From Octopus sinensis (Eukaryota), in contig NC_043008.1 in the NCBI RefSeq assembly GCF_006345805.1, forward strand, positions 75,330,001 to 75,394,000: DNA of 64,000 bases. The letters are read 5' to 3'. The first letter of the stretch is position 1. The number at the start of each line of letters is the position of its first letter. The position numbers and the translations under genes were made by a program. Positions 38,205 through 51,350 of this stretch are shown piece by piece. Under the pieces are notes generated by a model. The model was not told the origin of the DNA. It saw nothing but the letters and a program-made list of their open reading frames with translations, and did no database searches.

Positions 38205-38758
38205 GAGTGAGAGAGCAGTTCATGCCATCAAAGTCACACTGGGGTAAAATATACGAAGCCCAATATACCCATCATGACTACCCGTCTAATAAAGGTACAC
38301 CAGGCACATGCATCACAACCATATGTGCGCGACATGGTGATCTCATATCAAGATAAACAGCACATGACCTTGCAGGTGGGGCCCAGTTAGAATTTTCTTC
38401 AGGTTGAGTAGCCCATCCCGCTCAAACGGTCCCTGAATAAGGGTTGCTTAAGGATGTTGAAAGAATTACCCATGTTTCCAGAGGTGAACTATTCAAACCC
38501 CAAAGAATCCCTCTCAACACATGGCTATGATGCTCCCCCACTACTTCTGCTCGTGATCAGAGATGCACATATCGTCAGCCACTAAGGGACATGCTCAACT
38601 GGTTAAGGTCAAACAACTGACAAGCAAATCTGTGGTATTGAGCAGAATATTTGCTGTAGCCCATCTTTTATACCAAGACAAAACAATGTACATGATAACA
38701 CTTCCAATCAGTTAAGATCAGAAGCCATGAGAGCCACTGCCTGGTACTGCATCAGGGC

Positions 38759-38826
<68 letters not shown>

Positions 38827-38912
38827 TTAATATCATTATTATTAATAATCAGGTCACTGCCTGGAATCGAACTCGGCATATTGGGGTTAGTAGCCCGCGC
38901 TCTTAACTACTG
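37995..38912 (-). mobile_element. tRNA-head/(TAA)n/hammerhead repeat interrupted by a nested insertion
   Basis: Homologous to 6137-6480; hammerhead motif at 38079-38122 (TTGATGA..GAAAC). Confidence 0.85.
38205..38760 (-). mobile_element. ~555-bp non-coding element inserted in (TAA)n
   Basis: Flanked on both sides by TTA repeats; related copies at 12915-13351 and 8802-8935; no ORF. Strand inferred from the TAA tail. Confidence 0.85.
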
Positions 38913-38991
38913 TGCCCACGGGCATATGGCTTAGTGGTTAAGAGCGCGGGCTACTAACCCCAAGATTCCGAGTTCGATTCCAGGCAGTGAT

Positions 38992-39053
<62 letters not shown>

Positions 39054-39072
39054 TAATTATAATAATAATAAT

Positions 39073-39155
<83 letters not shown>

Positions 39156-39320
39156 TAATAATAATGATTATAACATCGAAAAATACCTTAGGAATGAGAA
39201 CCCAGGTTCGAGGTTTCCCCAAGACACCCGCTAAAGGCTGAGGGTATATCAGCTGAAATATATGTTGTGTTAACAACTAACCAGATGAGGACAAATATCC
39301 GTTAAATATAAATAATGTGT
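38913..39320 (+). mobile_element. tRNA-head/(TAA)n/hammerhead repeat, head-to-head with the previous copy
   Basis: A box TGGCTTAGTGG 38927, B box GAGTTCGATTCC 38970; degenerate hammerhead 39224-39270. Confidence 0.85.
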
Positions 39321-39460
39321 TTATATAACCTCGCCTTAAAATCCGTAGCACATAGCCCTTGGATGCATTCATCGGTTGTTACTGCACATTCTTAAACTAA
39401 TTGTGTTCTTAAGTTCCGGTTATGAATTAAAGATTAGAGATGGTTGCTGTGGAATCTTTG

Positions 39461-39480
39461 AATTATTATTACTATTATTA

Positions 39481-39546
<66 letters not shown>

Positions 39547-39549
39547 GTC

Positions 39550-39610
<61 letters not shown>
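39461..39610. repeat. (TTA)n-(GTA)n microsatellite
   Basis: Directly visible. Confidence 0.95.
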
Positions 39611-39844
39611 GTTTCCATAGAAATTCCATGATGATGTTAAAAATTGTAAGATGATTTACATCATCTGCTGGTCGCTTGTTTTTATCAGTTTTGACTGGGC
39701 AGACTATAGTTAAAGCACTAAAGTACATGCGTTGATTGATGGGTGATATAAAAACTAAAAACAAAACACAAAAAGCTAACACTTTTCGTTGTTCCAAGCA
39801 CTAAACACATTCTCTCTGTCACTTTCCCTGTCTCTCTCTGTTTG

Positions 39845-40060
39845 TCTAATTAAATCGTGGGACGCTGGACGGAGAGACCAGTTAAATTGCGTGGGCTTTG
39901 GTTTGGTCCGGATCGCCAGGTAGAGAAGAACTGGGATGAAGTGACAAGCAGGGTGACCAATCACACTCAGAAATGGACCAGAAGGAAGCTATACCTGAGG
40001 TGTCGGGCAGAGGTGACGAATGCTTACATCGTTCCCGTTATGTTATCATCTGATTGTCGT
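39845..40060 (+). mobile_element. L1/Tx1-like ORF2 fragment
   Basis: PVKLRGLWFGPDRQVEKNWDEV..KWTRRKLYLRCRAEVTNAYIVPV, homologous to about 11830-11990. Confidence 0.7.
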
Positions 40061-40690
40061 GTTTTGCTCGACAAATCGGTAAATCGGAGTTGCAATCGCA
40101 AAGATTAAGTAAAAGTAGGTTAACTGAGATAGAACTAGATCTATCAATTCGTATAAACGCATTACGTTTTTATCTTTAATATCTTTAAGCCAGTCAAAAA
40201 AATCAATGGAATTGGCCCATACTCTTAATTTAATGATTTGATTATGTAAGGAATGAGTTTGTTGATAATTATTTTGCAAATTTTTTCGTATGCCTGATTT
40301 AGAATGATGTATTAATCTAAAACAAATAAACACTGTAATTGGGTTTATAATCCTACATTTCTGGGTGTAGGTATTCTGGGTTTATAAGATTCATTTCTGT
40401 TTTTCACTTGCCCCACGGCTTAAACCTACGGTCACTAACAACATGCCGTATCAAACCGAGCGAAACAGGATACCCCTAATAGCATCACCTTACGAGACAC
40501 TTCTGCATCGAGGGATGCACCACAACCAGTTCTACAGTATCCAGCTCCTGAGGGACCGATGCACGATGTGTCGAAATGATCGTTGTGATGTATAAAGTTT
40601 CTCATATATTCCATTTTCCGTCTCGTTTTTATGTAATATATACTGTGTATATACACATACATACATACATGCATACATGCATACATAAAT

Positions 40691-40731
<41 letters not shown>

Positions 40732-43272
40732 AATACACGGGCACGTACATACATATACACACATACATACATATATACATAAATGTATATATTAAATATA
40801 CACTAAATTGCACACAATAACAGAAATTACCTTGGAAATTAGCAGAGTACAAGAACAGTTATCTAACTTAAATGGCAAACGTCTGTCTTTGAGAGAAAGG
40901 GAATATTTTTAGAAATCAAGAAGTGATCGTCCTCACATGCATGCGGGAAAGCAATATTGTTCTGTTGACATTTGTAAAAACCTTTAAATTTGATTTGCTC
41001 GAGAACTACTTTAACAAGTTTCCCGGTTTCCCACAATTATGGTTCCCTCTGATTGCTTGGATTGTCTTCCCTGACCCTACAGGTCCATTTTTTTATTGAT
41101 GAGATCCATCGTAAAGCTCGTTATATTAAGTCTCATTTATAACAAGATTATTTTATATCATCTAACCTTTTGCTAGTATACAATAAATATATATTTTTAT
41201 GTTTTATATACTGCATACTCCACACGTCTCGATAAAACAAATACTCTCTCACAAAAAGATATCAATTGTACTGCCGTTAATCACACCAATTTACAACTAA
41301 AATCTTTAAAGAAGTTTAATTTTTGAATGCTTACTTCATTCTCTTCATCTTCCATGATGACATGTCTTTTACAATATTCTCAAATCTGTACCCTAAATGC
41401 AAGGTCTTCCTTTCCTAATCAGGAAATCCTTCTTATGAATTCCAGAGCTGCTGCTGTTACATACCTTAAGTGTAAAGTATTCTCTCACCAATACTTAAAG
41501 TGTTGCCTGATTCTACTAATTCATTTCAACCTATGTCTCATATCTCAGCCACTCAATAAACATTTCTGTAATTTCTCTCAAGCGCTCATACTGCAACCCT
41601 CAAGAATTAGAAATATGAAATATGAAATTTGAACGCCAGTAACGTCTCAGAAGTTTCTCAGTAAGTTATGTCTGTTGTGATAACAGAAAGTTTGAAAATA
41701 TCAGTGATATGCTATAAAGAGAATCTCAATATCTGATCTCATTTTAAAGATATTTTTCAACGTTTAAAGTTACATCTCTAAACTAGATTACAACTATATC
41801 ACTTGATTATTATTGTACAAAGCCATGTTGTACTGTATCTTGTTCTGTTGTGTGGCAACAATATTACGACGAATAATATATTTCTGAACTTCTATCTAAG
41901 AAACTTTCTTTCGAGACATGTATCTAAACAGGATACATTGCATTTGAGAGACAGATACAAATTATAGTAATACGTGCATTTCTATATAATTATACGATTT
42001 GATATCTCGACATCATAACCTTACAAGAAAAAGACACCAACTAGAAAGTTTTTAGGAGGTACTCTGTGAAACCGTATTTGAAATCCGCATTGAATATTAA
42101 ATCGTATTAGCGAGGTATATAGACATCAATTAAACAGATTTTTGTTTCTTAAGGACAAGATTAGCATAATTAATTTCAGATTCTCACACAGACATTCTAG
42201 ATAAGCTGTTAATCTCTGTGTACATTTCCATTTCGCGAAAGATATTATTATATACGTTGTTCACATTATACTTTTATCCATATTAATCTCCAAACTGAAA
42301 GGTTTTTCTTTGTTTAGATTTCTGCTCCCCTCACAGTTAGGCTCAGATGCTTAGAATTAGTGCATAAAGGAATAATATATAACGCTTCAGTTCGTTCACG
42401 AAGATAAATGTTGTTTGATGTAAATACTTCATTATATATCATATCTTGAGTGGAGAGAGGTGGAAAACTACAATCTGCACCAACACACTCGCATCATTGT
42501 CGATTTTAGTGCAATTTATTATTATGTTTGTTATTTAGTTTTATATATGGTTTGGATAGATGAAAATCACCAATCTGGTAGAAAGGGAGAAGGAAGAAAA
42601 GAATGACTCATAGATTATTCTGACACCAGAGACCTACCGGAAAATTTGATGCAAACTGAACTGGACTGAGGTCACATAAAAGCAGGGTTAATATAGTAAA
42701 ATCCGAGCAAGTCGGCTTTGCAGGAGCGGCAAAATACCACCCGAAAACAAGCCGTTCTTATTTTTTTTCATTCTAGTTTTACTCACAGGTTAGGGGTCAA
42801 CATAACATATAGAAAACTATATTTGTTCACTATGTTATGAAGCAGGATCGGACCTGAAATCACTGAACTGTAAACCGGACATCTTAAACACACGGACAGT
42901 TTTGAGCGTTGATATTCTAGTGATATATCTCTATCACTAATGTGGTAATTACAATGAATGTTACTGGTATTTAAATTCGAGACCTATACTTGGCCAATTA
43001 AGCCATTAGCAGTATTCTTACATCTTTTCCTTTGTTCCAAGAAAGCTGTAATCAATCAGATCTATGATGGAAGAGAAACAGACTATGATCATCTCGAGTT
43101 TTACTAATTAGTTCCAAACAAGATACATGATGAAAGTTTTCGTATTTTTTAATGCTGATCGGGTGGTTATACTCATTTGATGTACATTATTCTTCTAAAT
43201 TAAGGCACATTATTTCGTTCGAGGAAGCCATGTCACTAACACTTCCTCCAAACCCACCAAGTATATATATAT

Positions 43273-43305
<33 letters not shown>

Positions 43306-46178
43306 CTCACTCGTTAACTCGTAATTCCAGACTGCCTTCATTACAAATTACCATATCCTCTATATCATCCAGTATTTACTAAGCCTTTTCTCATCCAGAT
43401 AAGAATGACTTTAAAGCCGCATTCACCTGTCTGTAAGAATCATACAACGAACATTCTCTCATCTTTATTCTGAACCCTACCGGCATTGCGGAATTAATTT
43501 TGCTTACGGAATGACTTAAAATATCTTTCTCAATAACGCCTATTTTCTACTTAATATACACATACATTTACACATATCTATTCACACTCCAACACCTCTA
43601 CACACATAATCACATACGTACATACGTTTTCTTCTACAATTACCGTTAACTACACTGAAACCATGACCAGTTATAGTGATGCGACATTATACAATTTTAT
43701 TTTGTTCGTCCCTTCAAGTTTAAAAATGCCATGCTATATATGCCAACACCAGCAAACATTGCTATGGACGTTACTGATTTAAAATGCCACAAATGTAATA
43801 TACGAGTAAAACGAATAAATGGTAAGGTTTTCAAGTCCTTATGCTACAGAAATATAAAAATCCATTAGAAAGTATTCACAATGGTAGTAAAGGAACTCTT
43901 TAATTCCCGATACATTTTTACAACTTAGCGCTATTAAACTGAGTACACATTGTGCATCATATATTAGTTATGGGTTTGTTTAATCTTTGCAATATACGCT
44001 GAATATAGAAATGCTTCAAAAGGAAAGAAAAGCCATCAAGAGAGAATAGTTTAATAACACAGCTTCAAACGAGAGCTTATTTTCGAATTGGTGAGCTTCA
44101 TAGATCACTAATAGATTGATGGATAGTTCTTTCTTTAATATTGCCACTCAAAAATAATTTACTTACTTCCATCTAACTCTCCTATTCCGACGGCCAAAAT
44201 AAATTTGTCATAAAAAACACGTTTATTGAAATATACGATATTATAAAAAACAACCACAACCATGAACAAGTAAAAACCTGGAACATTTACTAGCGTATAT
44301 GATTTCTGAGTAAATTGGATTAGTTCATGAGATACAAATGTATTATTATATTTGTAAAGGCTAGAGCACGCGAAGAAACTATTTTGCTGTCTTCTAAGCA
44401 TTCTGAGCGTCACTATTCTCTACCTCTAAGGTAATAACTGGTAATAATACCTGATTAACTGATTAAAAGTGAAAAGAAAATGTAGTAGCATCTGGCAAAT
44501 TGCTTCTAGGTTATATAGAAAATATATATTTCGAGTATATTTGCACGGAGAAATATTAAACTATTTCATTGACGTCATATCCTTCTGATTCCGGTAAAAA
44601 CGAAGGCCATAATATAATGGAAGAAAAAGTCTAAGAGCGTTACCTTAAAATGGAGACTACAGCTTATTGTATTGTTTTGTTATCTACTCTTTCATACTCA
44701 CGTAAAATATAGCAATAAACTAGAAAATTGTACTGCTTTTATTTAATGTGTGCTAAAATACCCGAAAGTATTTAGCAAACGTTATTGCTCAACTTTTTAA
44801 AGTCTCAGTGGTCCCTAAGCACTTCATTATTTTCCTTATTGCTTACTGAAAGATATATAATTATTTTACTGACGGAGTTAAAAGGGATCTGCAAAGAGAC
44901 AGAACACTCGTCAGTTCAACAGTGGTATTCGTGCTTGCAAAAACTAACTAGAGTACGAGACGACTATTAAGTCGTCACTCAATATATTAGAAATAGTAGT
45001 CAAACTGGTAGCAGATCACTCTTTACCGACTTAAACGTATAATACTTTTCATAATTGAGTCCAAATGCCTTAAAATATCAATATGGGTGAAGAAAGAACC
45101 TTTGGTCACAGGTCTTCTCCATTGAGGTTGACTTGCATATAAATAGTAAGAGCTTATAATAAAGCAATTATATCAAAAATAGAGCAATTACATCAAATCA
45201 AACATTGGCCTTTGAGATAGTTGTTCAATACCTAAGTAATTCAGCAAACTGGCCATACCTCATTTGTTATAACTAATCTAACTACTTTTCAATTCATTAA
45301 TCTGTACACGTTTACATTGGAACATTCTTCTAATATCTCCAAATGATACTTTATAACATTTAAACTTTGCCATTGTCTAAATTCCTACCTAAACTGACAA
45401 GGAACATTTAGCTATAGCGTTGTCACCCTCATTAGAAAACGCAATTATAGCTTATTAACGGCTTTTCACTGAAATAAGTCTGCATAGCATTAGGACTATG
45501 GAAACTTTATTGATGTTTAGCTATGGATTAGACAATAGATCAGCCTTGACATAAGCCAAGAACAAACCGCATCCATTACAAAGTAGGGGCAGGTGAGACA
45601 GACTCGTATCAAATTACTATATTAAAACAAGCATGAGTAGTACCTATATATCTGCTCATAATTTATCATTCATTGGGGGCGTATATTTATCCCAATGATA
45701 ATCTCGGTGACAACGTGAGACGTATTCGTATTCAAAAAACTTATCTTTCTTTTTCACGCTCTTTGTCTCTTTCATCTTTATCTCTGTTTATGCATTTATC
45801 AAGGCGGTGATAAACACATAAACACAGATAAATTAAGGATATTTCTGTAATTCGATCCTTTCATTTTTGGTAAGTGGCTAAGTGAGTCACACACAAATAT
45901 CCTTAATTTAACGTTCAGTAAAAATTGATATTTTACGGTGTGACATTGTAACAACGCTGCCTTTGGAATTATGCGGAAAGTCCTTCAACAGGCTTTCACA
46001 GAGCTTACATCAACCAAGTTCAATCACAGTTCTTGGGACAATCTGGGGGTATGTTGAAAGATTTGTGTTCATGATACCATGCAAATTGTTCGATCATTCT
46101 ACCTCAGGAATACAGAAATGTATATCTTAACTACTTGGCTATGCGAATACCCTCATAAATTCACGCACGCATGTTTGG

Positions 46179-46250
46179 GTAATGGTTAAGAGCGCGGGCT
46201 ACTAACCCCAAGATTGCGGGTTCAATTCCAGGTAGTGCCCTGAATAGATA
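46179..46250 (+). mobile_element. Solo tRNA-like head of the hammerhead repeat family
   Basis: GGTTAAGAGCGCGGGCTACTAACCCCAAGATT is identical to 38936-38967. Confidence 0.85.
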
Positions 46251-46371
46251 ATGATTATATATATGTGTGCGTGTGAATGTAAGTATGCATGTGTGAGTGT
46301 GTTTCTATATAAACTTAAATGTAGTTTTAGTGAACTTTATATGTTCATGTGTTCTCTTGTGTGACATTCTT

Positions 46372-46427
<56 letters not shown>

Positions 46428-47786
46428 GAGAGAGAGAGATGGAGAGGGGGGAGAGAGAGGGGGAAAGAGAGACGAAATTTAGAGTAATGGAAAGGTAAAA
46501 TCTTGTGTAGAAATCTCGAAATAACAAGAATTTCCAGATATTCTGGCATACAATAATGACATTGTTATACAGTACTGTTTAAAAGACTGGCGATGTCGAG
46601 TAATGAAAATATCTGTAGAAATACACATGAAAGACTGTATGTCTAGACAGTTTTATGGTAATGTGGACTGCCAAATGACAGATGTAGTTAGATATGTGAA
46701 AAGAATGAAAAGTGGTAATGCCATTACTTTTAAGTTAATAAAAAACAGAATTATAGCTTGTCAATATTAACTTTTCAAATACATTCATCTAAATCCCACG
46801 TCAGCCGGGAGGGTTTCGATATAGAGTAAGTTGTCATTGTTTCCTATATCCAGTTGATGTTTTGTTACAGTATAGACCGAGATCAGATCTGGCTTGGCAG
46901 AAGAGTAATAAAAAATATTCTAGCTATGACTATCTAGACTTCTATGTAGACATATTGTATATATAACGATAATACATAATGAATACTATAGCAGTTAGTA
47001 CTTGTCGGTATAATTTGAGATTTTTCCCCACTAAATCAGAGCTGCTGCAGCACACCTATGATGTCAGATATTCCAGCTGTAACCGTCTCTTTCCTGTTTA
47101 GACAAATATTTAATTAAACCGTATATCCATTTCCTTTTCATAGAGAGTATGACGAAAATTGGAGATGTGTTCTATGACGTCAATTGATTCGGCAGAAATT
47201 ATGACGCATCCTGAGTGGTGAGACAGCTTGGAAACATTTAAAGGAAATACCTTTAGACATTTGACAATTTTCGGCTTTTGGGAGAATTTGTAGTGATTTG
47301 GCATTGTAAACTTTGTTCGAGTTCCTCTTTCTAATGCAGCAGTGACTGAGGAAGAATTTATATTAAAAGGTTACTGTAAAGTAAGCTCCAGCTGAGTGTG
47401 AGAAGAAGAAATAAAATGGGGATTTTTTTAAAATCTGAAAACGATTTTGTCATAGCTCGAGATGCTCTCTTATTATATAAAATCTACCACGATAATGATC
47501 AATCAGATGGTTTGTCTATGGATTATGTAAGCAACTATATCGATCCCCTCTATCGTGAGGTACTTATACATTTCGTATGACAGGCATCCTCTGTTACGAC
47601 TACCTCAGCTTACGAAATTTTGCGCTTACAGTGATTGTAAAGTATGACCGTTAATTTCGGGAAAAAATTCTGTAATTTTGCTCTTGCAGAAATTTATATA
47701 GCCTAGCTTAAATTGTAGAAATTTGGAACTACCCTTCATTCTCAGCTCAATGGCCACTTGAGTTAAGGTCAAAGTAAATAATTAAG

Positions 47787-48097
47787 TGTTGTATCTGGTA
47801 AGAGTCATTCTCTTTTAGTGCCTTAAAATTTAACATTTACCGGTATAATTTCCACTAATTTCATCTATTTTTCTAAAATTTTAGGAAAATAAAGGCAATT
47901 AGTGGCAATTTTAACGGTGAATGTGTTAAATTATAAGGCACTAAAAGAGAATGACTCTCCCCAGACACAACAGAATATGCTTCAACACACGAACTCACAT
48001 AAAGAATCTTGCAAACCAACTCCAAAAACGAAATAATAAACTATTAACTAAAACTATCATCAAGTTACACCCATACATGCACGCACATACATATATA

Positions 48098-48180
<83 letters not shown>

Positions 48181-48322
48181 GATTGTCGTCATTTCTTTCT
48201 CTTTTGCCTGCGTCGTTTGCTTTTTAAGTGCTGTGGTTTTACTGGGATCTCCCTTTTAAGTAGAGAGAATAGCCAACACGGTGTGTGGTGAGGCAAATCT
48301 TTGCTAAACCCTTAATTACTTA

Positions 48323-48375
<53 letters not shown>

Positions 48376-48386
48376 TACATACATAT

Positions 48387-48439
<53 letters not shown>

Positions 48440-48850
48440 CATACATGCATATATACTCGCATTATGCACATAGTATATTTGTGTATGTGCGTGCATGTAT
48501 GAGTGTAACTTGATGATAGTTTTATTTAATAGTTAATTATTTCGTTTTTGGAGTTGGTTTGCAAGATTATTTATGTGAGTTCGTATGTTGAAGCATATTC
48601 TGTTGTGTCTGGCGAGAGTCATTCTCTTTTAATGCCTTATAATTTAACACATTCACCGTTAAAATTCCCACTAATTTCCTTTATTTTTCTAAAATTTTAG
48701 GAAAATAAAAATAAGAAATATGTGGAAATTTTACTTGTGAGTGTGTTAAAAAATAAGGCACTAAAAGCGAATGACTCTCCCCAGACACAACAGAAAATGC
48801 TTCAACACACGAACTCATATAAAGAATCTTGCAAACCAAATCCCAAAACG
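47787..48850. repeat. Double fold-back (MITE-like) structure around TA microsatellites
   Basis: Two palindromes centred on TTTTCTAAAATTTTAGGAAAA (about 47878 and 48694); 47878-48090 is inverted against 48483-48694. Confidence 0.9.
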
Positions 48851-49044
48851 ATATATATATATACAAATATACATACATACATACACACACAGTTAATCAA
48901 AACACAAGAATGCGAGGACGTGGAACAAATATAGTGTTATTGGTATATATATATATATATATATAAATGAAGGTGAGCATAAATATATGTCTCTTTCATT
49001 TTTAATCATTATAAATGTTCCACTGAAGAAGAGACCGGTTTCCA

Positions 49045-50045
49045 ACAAAGATGCAAGGCTCCATCTCTGGGATGTAGTTAACTCAGACAAATTCTGAAAA
49101 TCCCAGTTTATCCAGATTCTCCTTTAGGCATTTACTAGCAAAACCTAGTGCTGCAATTATTCTTGGTATGAATATCAATTCATAGTCTGGAAATAGAAGC
49201 TGGAGGTTTCGAAGCAGTTGTCTATAGATATACGCTTTTTCTTCGCTTTTCAACGAGATATTATATCTGCAGGGCAGCTGACTTCTATGATGGTACATAC
49301 CTTCGCCCCTCGGTCCCAAAGAACAGTATCCGACATGTTATGTTTACATTTGACAGAAGTTTGCTGGGAATATTTCACCAGCATTCTTTGAGTTAGTGTT
49401 TTTGAATGTATTTTATAATAGAGGGATTTTCTAAGTTTATTTCAGGACTGTCCTTTCTGCGAAGGGCATTGTAAATTGCAGATGACGTTATAAATTGTTT
49501 AAACAACATCGTGCCACATAGGGAAGTAGTACCGTGACAACATTTTAGGACAACTGTTAATCACATGCGTGATGTCTTCCACAGAAACATGACATAACCT
49601 ATACATACGATTGCACCTTGGGATTACTGCACTGCATTTATATATAAATTTTTGCTGCTACTGTTTAGTAGGTACTGCCTGAGTGATACAGTATTCGAAG
49701 GCCGTCTGCACTGATCTCAGGTCTCTACCACCTTCATGTCTTCTTAAGTAGAGCCTGTCAACATCACTGTTTCTGTGGAAGTTACAAGTTGTTGTCAGGA
49801 TTTTTCAGGTTTTGATATCTTTGGAGTGGATTTCCTCTATAAATTAATCGCATATCCCAAATGTTGGTATCAGCACTTGTACTGCAAATGAATTGTGTAA
49901 TATTATTTTGTTATGAGAGGAGTGTTTTGACTGCCTTATTTTCCTAAGTCTGGTGTAATATTCTCGGCTTACTCTATCTTTATTCACAGTGCTTTCATAT
50001 GATACATTTCCGTCTATGCCTAGGTACATGTAACACTCTTTGTGT
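49045..50045 (-). mobile_element. Degenerate R4/Dong-type LINE 3' half
   Basis: YLGID..REYYTRLRKI..HNKIILHNSFAV..PTFGI; LCHVSVEDITHVINSCP..HDVV; YRQLLRNLQLLFPDY..IIAALG. Confidence 0.8.
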
Positions 50046-50569
50046 GGAATGGGGGGATAGAGAAGCCGTTGCTGTACAGGTTCCGACCACCCATCATCTC
50101 TAACATTTTTTTTTTTTTGCTTTAATCATCGTCATAGCAACAAAAAATTCCATTGCTTAGATTCGATAAATTCGCTTCATTTGTCAGCTTGCCTGCTCTT
50201 GCCTTCGTGCTCCGTTGTGGCTGCTTCATTGACATTAAAAACTCTTTCGACGGAACGCTGTCCACCGTCGATTATCATAGCTGCTTCTTGTTCCGACAGT
50301 TTCATTTTTTTTTATTAGAAATATTTCGAAATATCGAAATCTTTGTTTTTCACAAAAAAGTTAAAAATAAATATCACTGTAATTGAATGGAAATATCACC
50401 TTTGCGATAGAGAAAATACCAGCAATAAAGTTATCACAAATAAATGACTGAACTAGACTTGAACAGCCCAAACGAGTCACAAAACTCTCAAAACATATGG
50501 AGTTCCAAGTTTCCGTGACTTCTCTATATGGTGACAATAATAACAACAAAAACAACAATAATAATCATT

Positions 50570-50905
50570 TCTACTAAAGGCACAAGGCCTGAAATTTTAG
50601 CGGGAGGAGATGAGTCGATTACATCGACCCCAGTGTTTCACTGGTACTTAGTTTATTGACCCCGAAACGATGAGAGACAAAGTCGACCACGACGGAATTT
50701 GAACTCAGAATGTAGTGACAGGCGAAATACCTATTTCTTTACTACCCACAAGGGGCTACACACAGAGAGAACAAACATGGACAGACAAACGGATTAAGTC
50801 GATTATATCGACCCCAAAAGGATGAAAGGCAAAGTCGGCCTCGGAGGAATTTGAACTAAGAACGTAGTGGCAAAGGAAATACCGCTAAGCATTTCGTCCA
50901 ACGCC
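50570..50905 (-). mobile_element. Two adjacent or nested tRNA-derived SINE copies
   Basis: The GTCGATTA.ATCGACCCC..GATGA.AG.CAAAGTCG..GGAATTTGAACT block occurs twice. Confidence 0.85.
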
Positions 50906-51029
50906 TTGATGATGATGATAACATTATCAACAACAATAATAACAAGAGTAGTCAGACAGCGCAAACCTCCGTCAAGGGGATACCAACGTCCTCTCAATGA
51001 TTAGACTGTGATGATTTTTAAAATGAGAA

Positions 51030-51175
51030 TATCTGAAATAAACTCAGCTGCTGTCGCAAACGAGAATACTAAATCATCGAGCGGTTCTTGAGATATCTTT
51101 TGTACGGATGAACAAACAAACAACAAACAAATACGACTGAAACAATACCTCCGCCTTCGCTAAGGCGGAGGTAAT
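51030..51175 (+). mobile_element. Probable HINE/DINE-like (Helentron-associated) terminus
   Basis: (ACAA)n followed by a perfect 12-bp-stem hairpin TACCTCCGCCTT-CGCT-AAGGCGGAGGTA (51146-51173). Confidence 0.5.
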
Positions 51176-51199
51176 ACTGATGATGATGATGATGATGAT

Positions 51200-51350
51200 T
51201 TCAAATTTTGGCACAAGGCCAGCATGTTCAGAGGAGGGGTTAAGTAGATTACTTCGACCCCAGTACTTGACTGGTACTTAATTTATCTACCCCGAAGGAT
51301 GAAAGTCAATGTCGACTTCGGCGGAATTTGAACTCAATTTGCCACCTTAG
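51200..51350 (-). mobile_element. tRNA-derived SINE, partial
   Basis: Same family consensus. Confidence 0.8.

Noticed and set aside
38920-38992. tRNA gene with ACT anticodon
   Set aside because: Poor acceptor and T stems, no poly-T terminator, and embedded in a repeat family; it is a SINE/pLTR head
47110-47390. 64-aa minus ORF and a plus-strand acceptor at 47143
   Set aside because: No recognisable domain; all plus frames contain stops; length expected by chance
49020-49045. Hammerhead-like CTGAAGA-AGAGACCGGTTTC
   Set aside because: GAAA box absent and sequence cut off by a LINE fragment
50175-50305. 43-aa minus-strand ORF MKLSEQEAAMIIDGGQR...
   Set aside because: Short, with no splice or homology support
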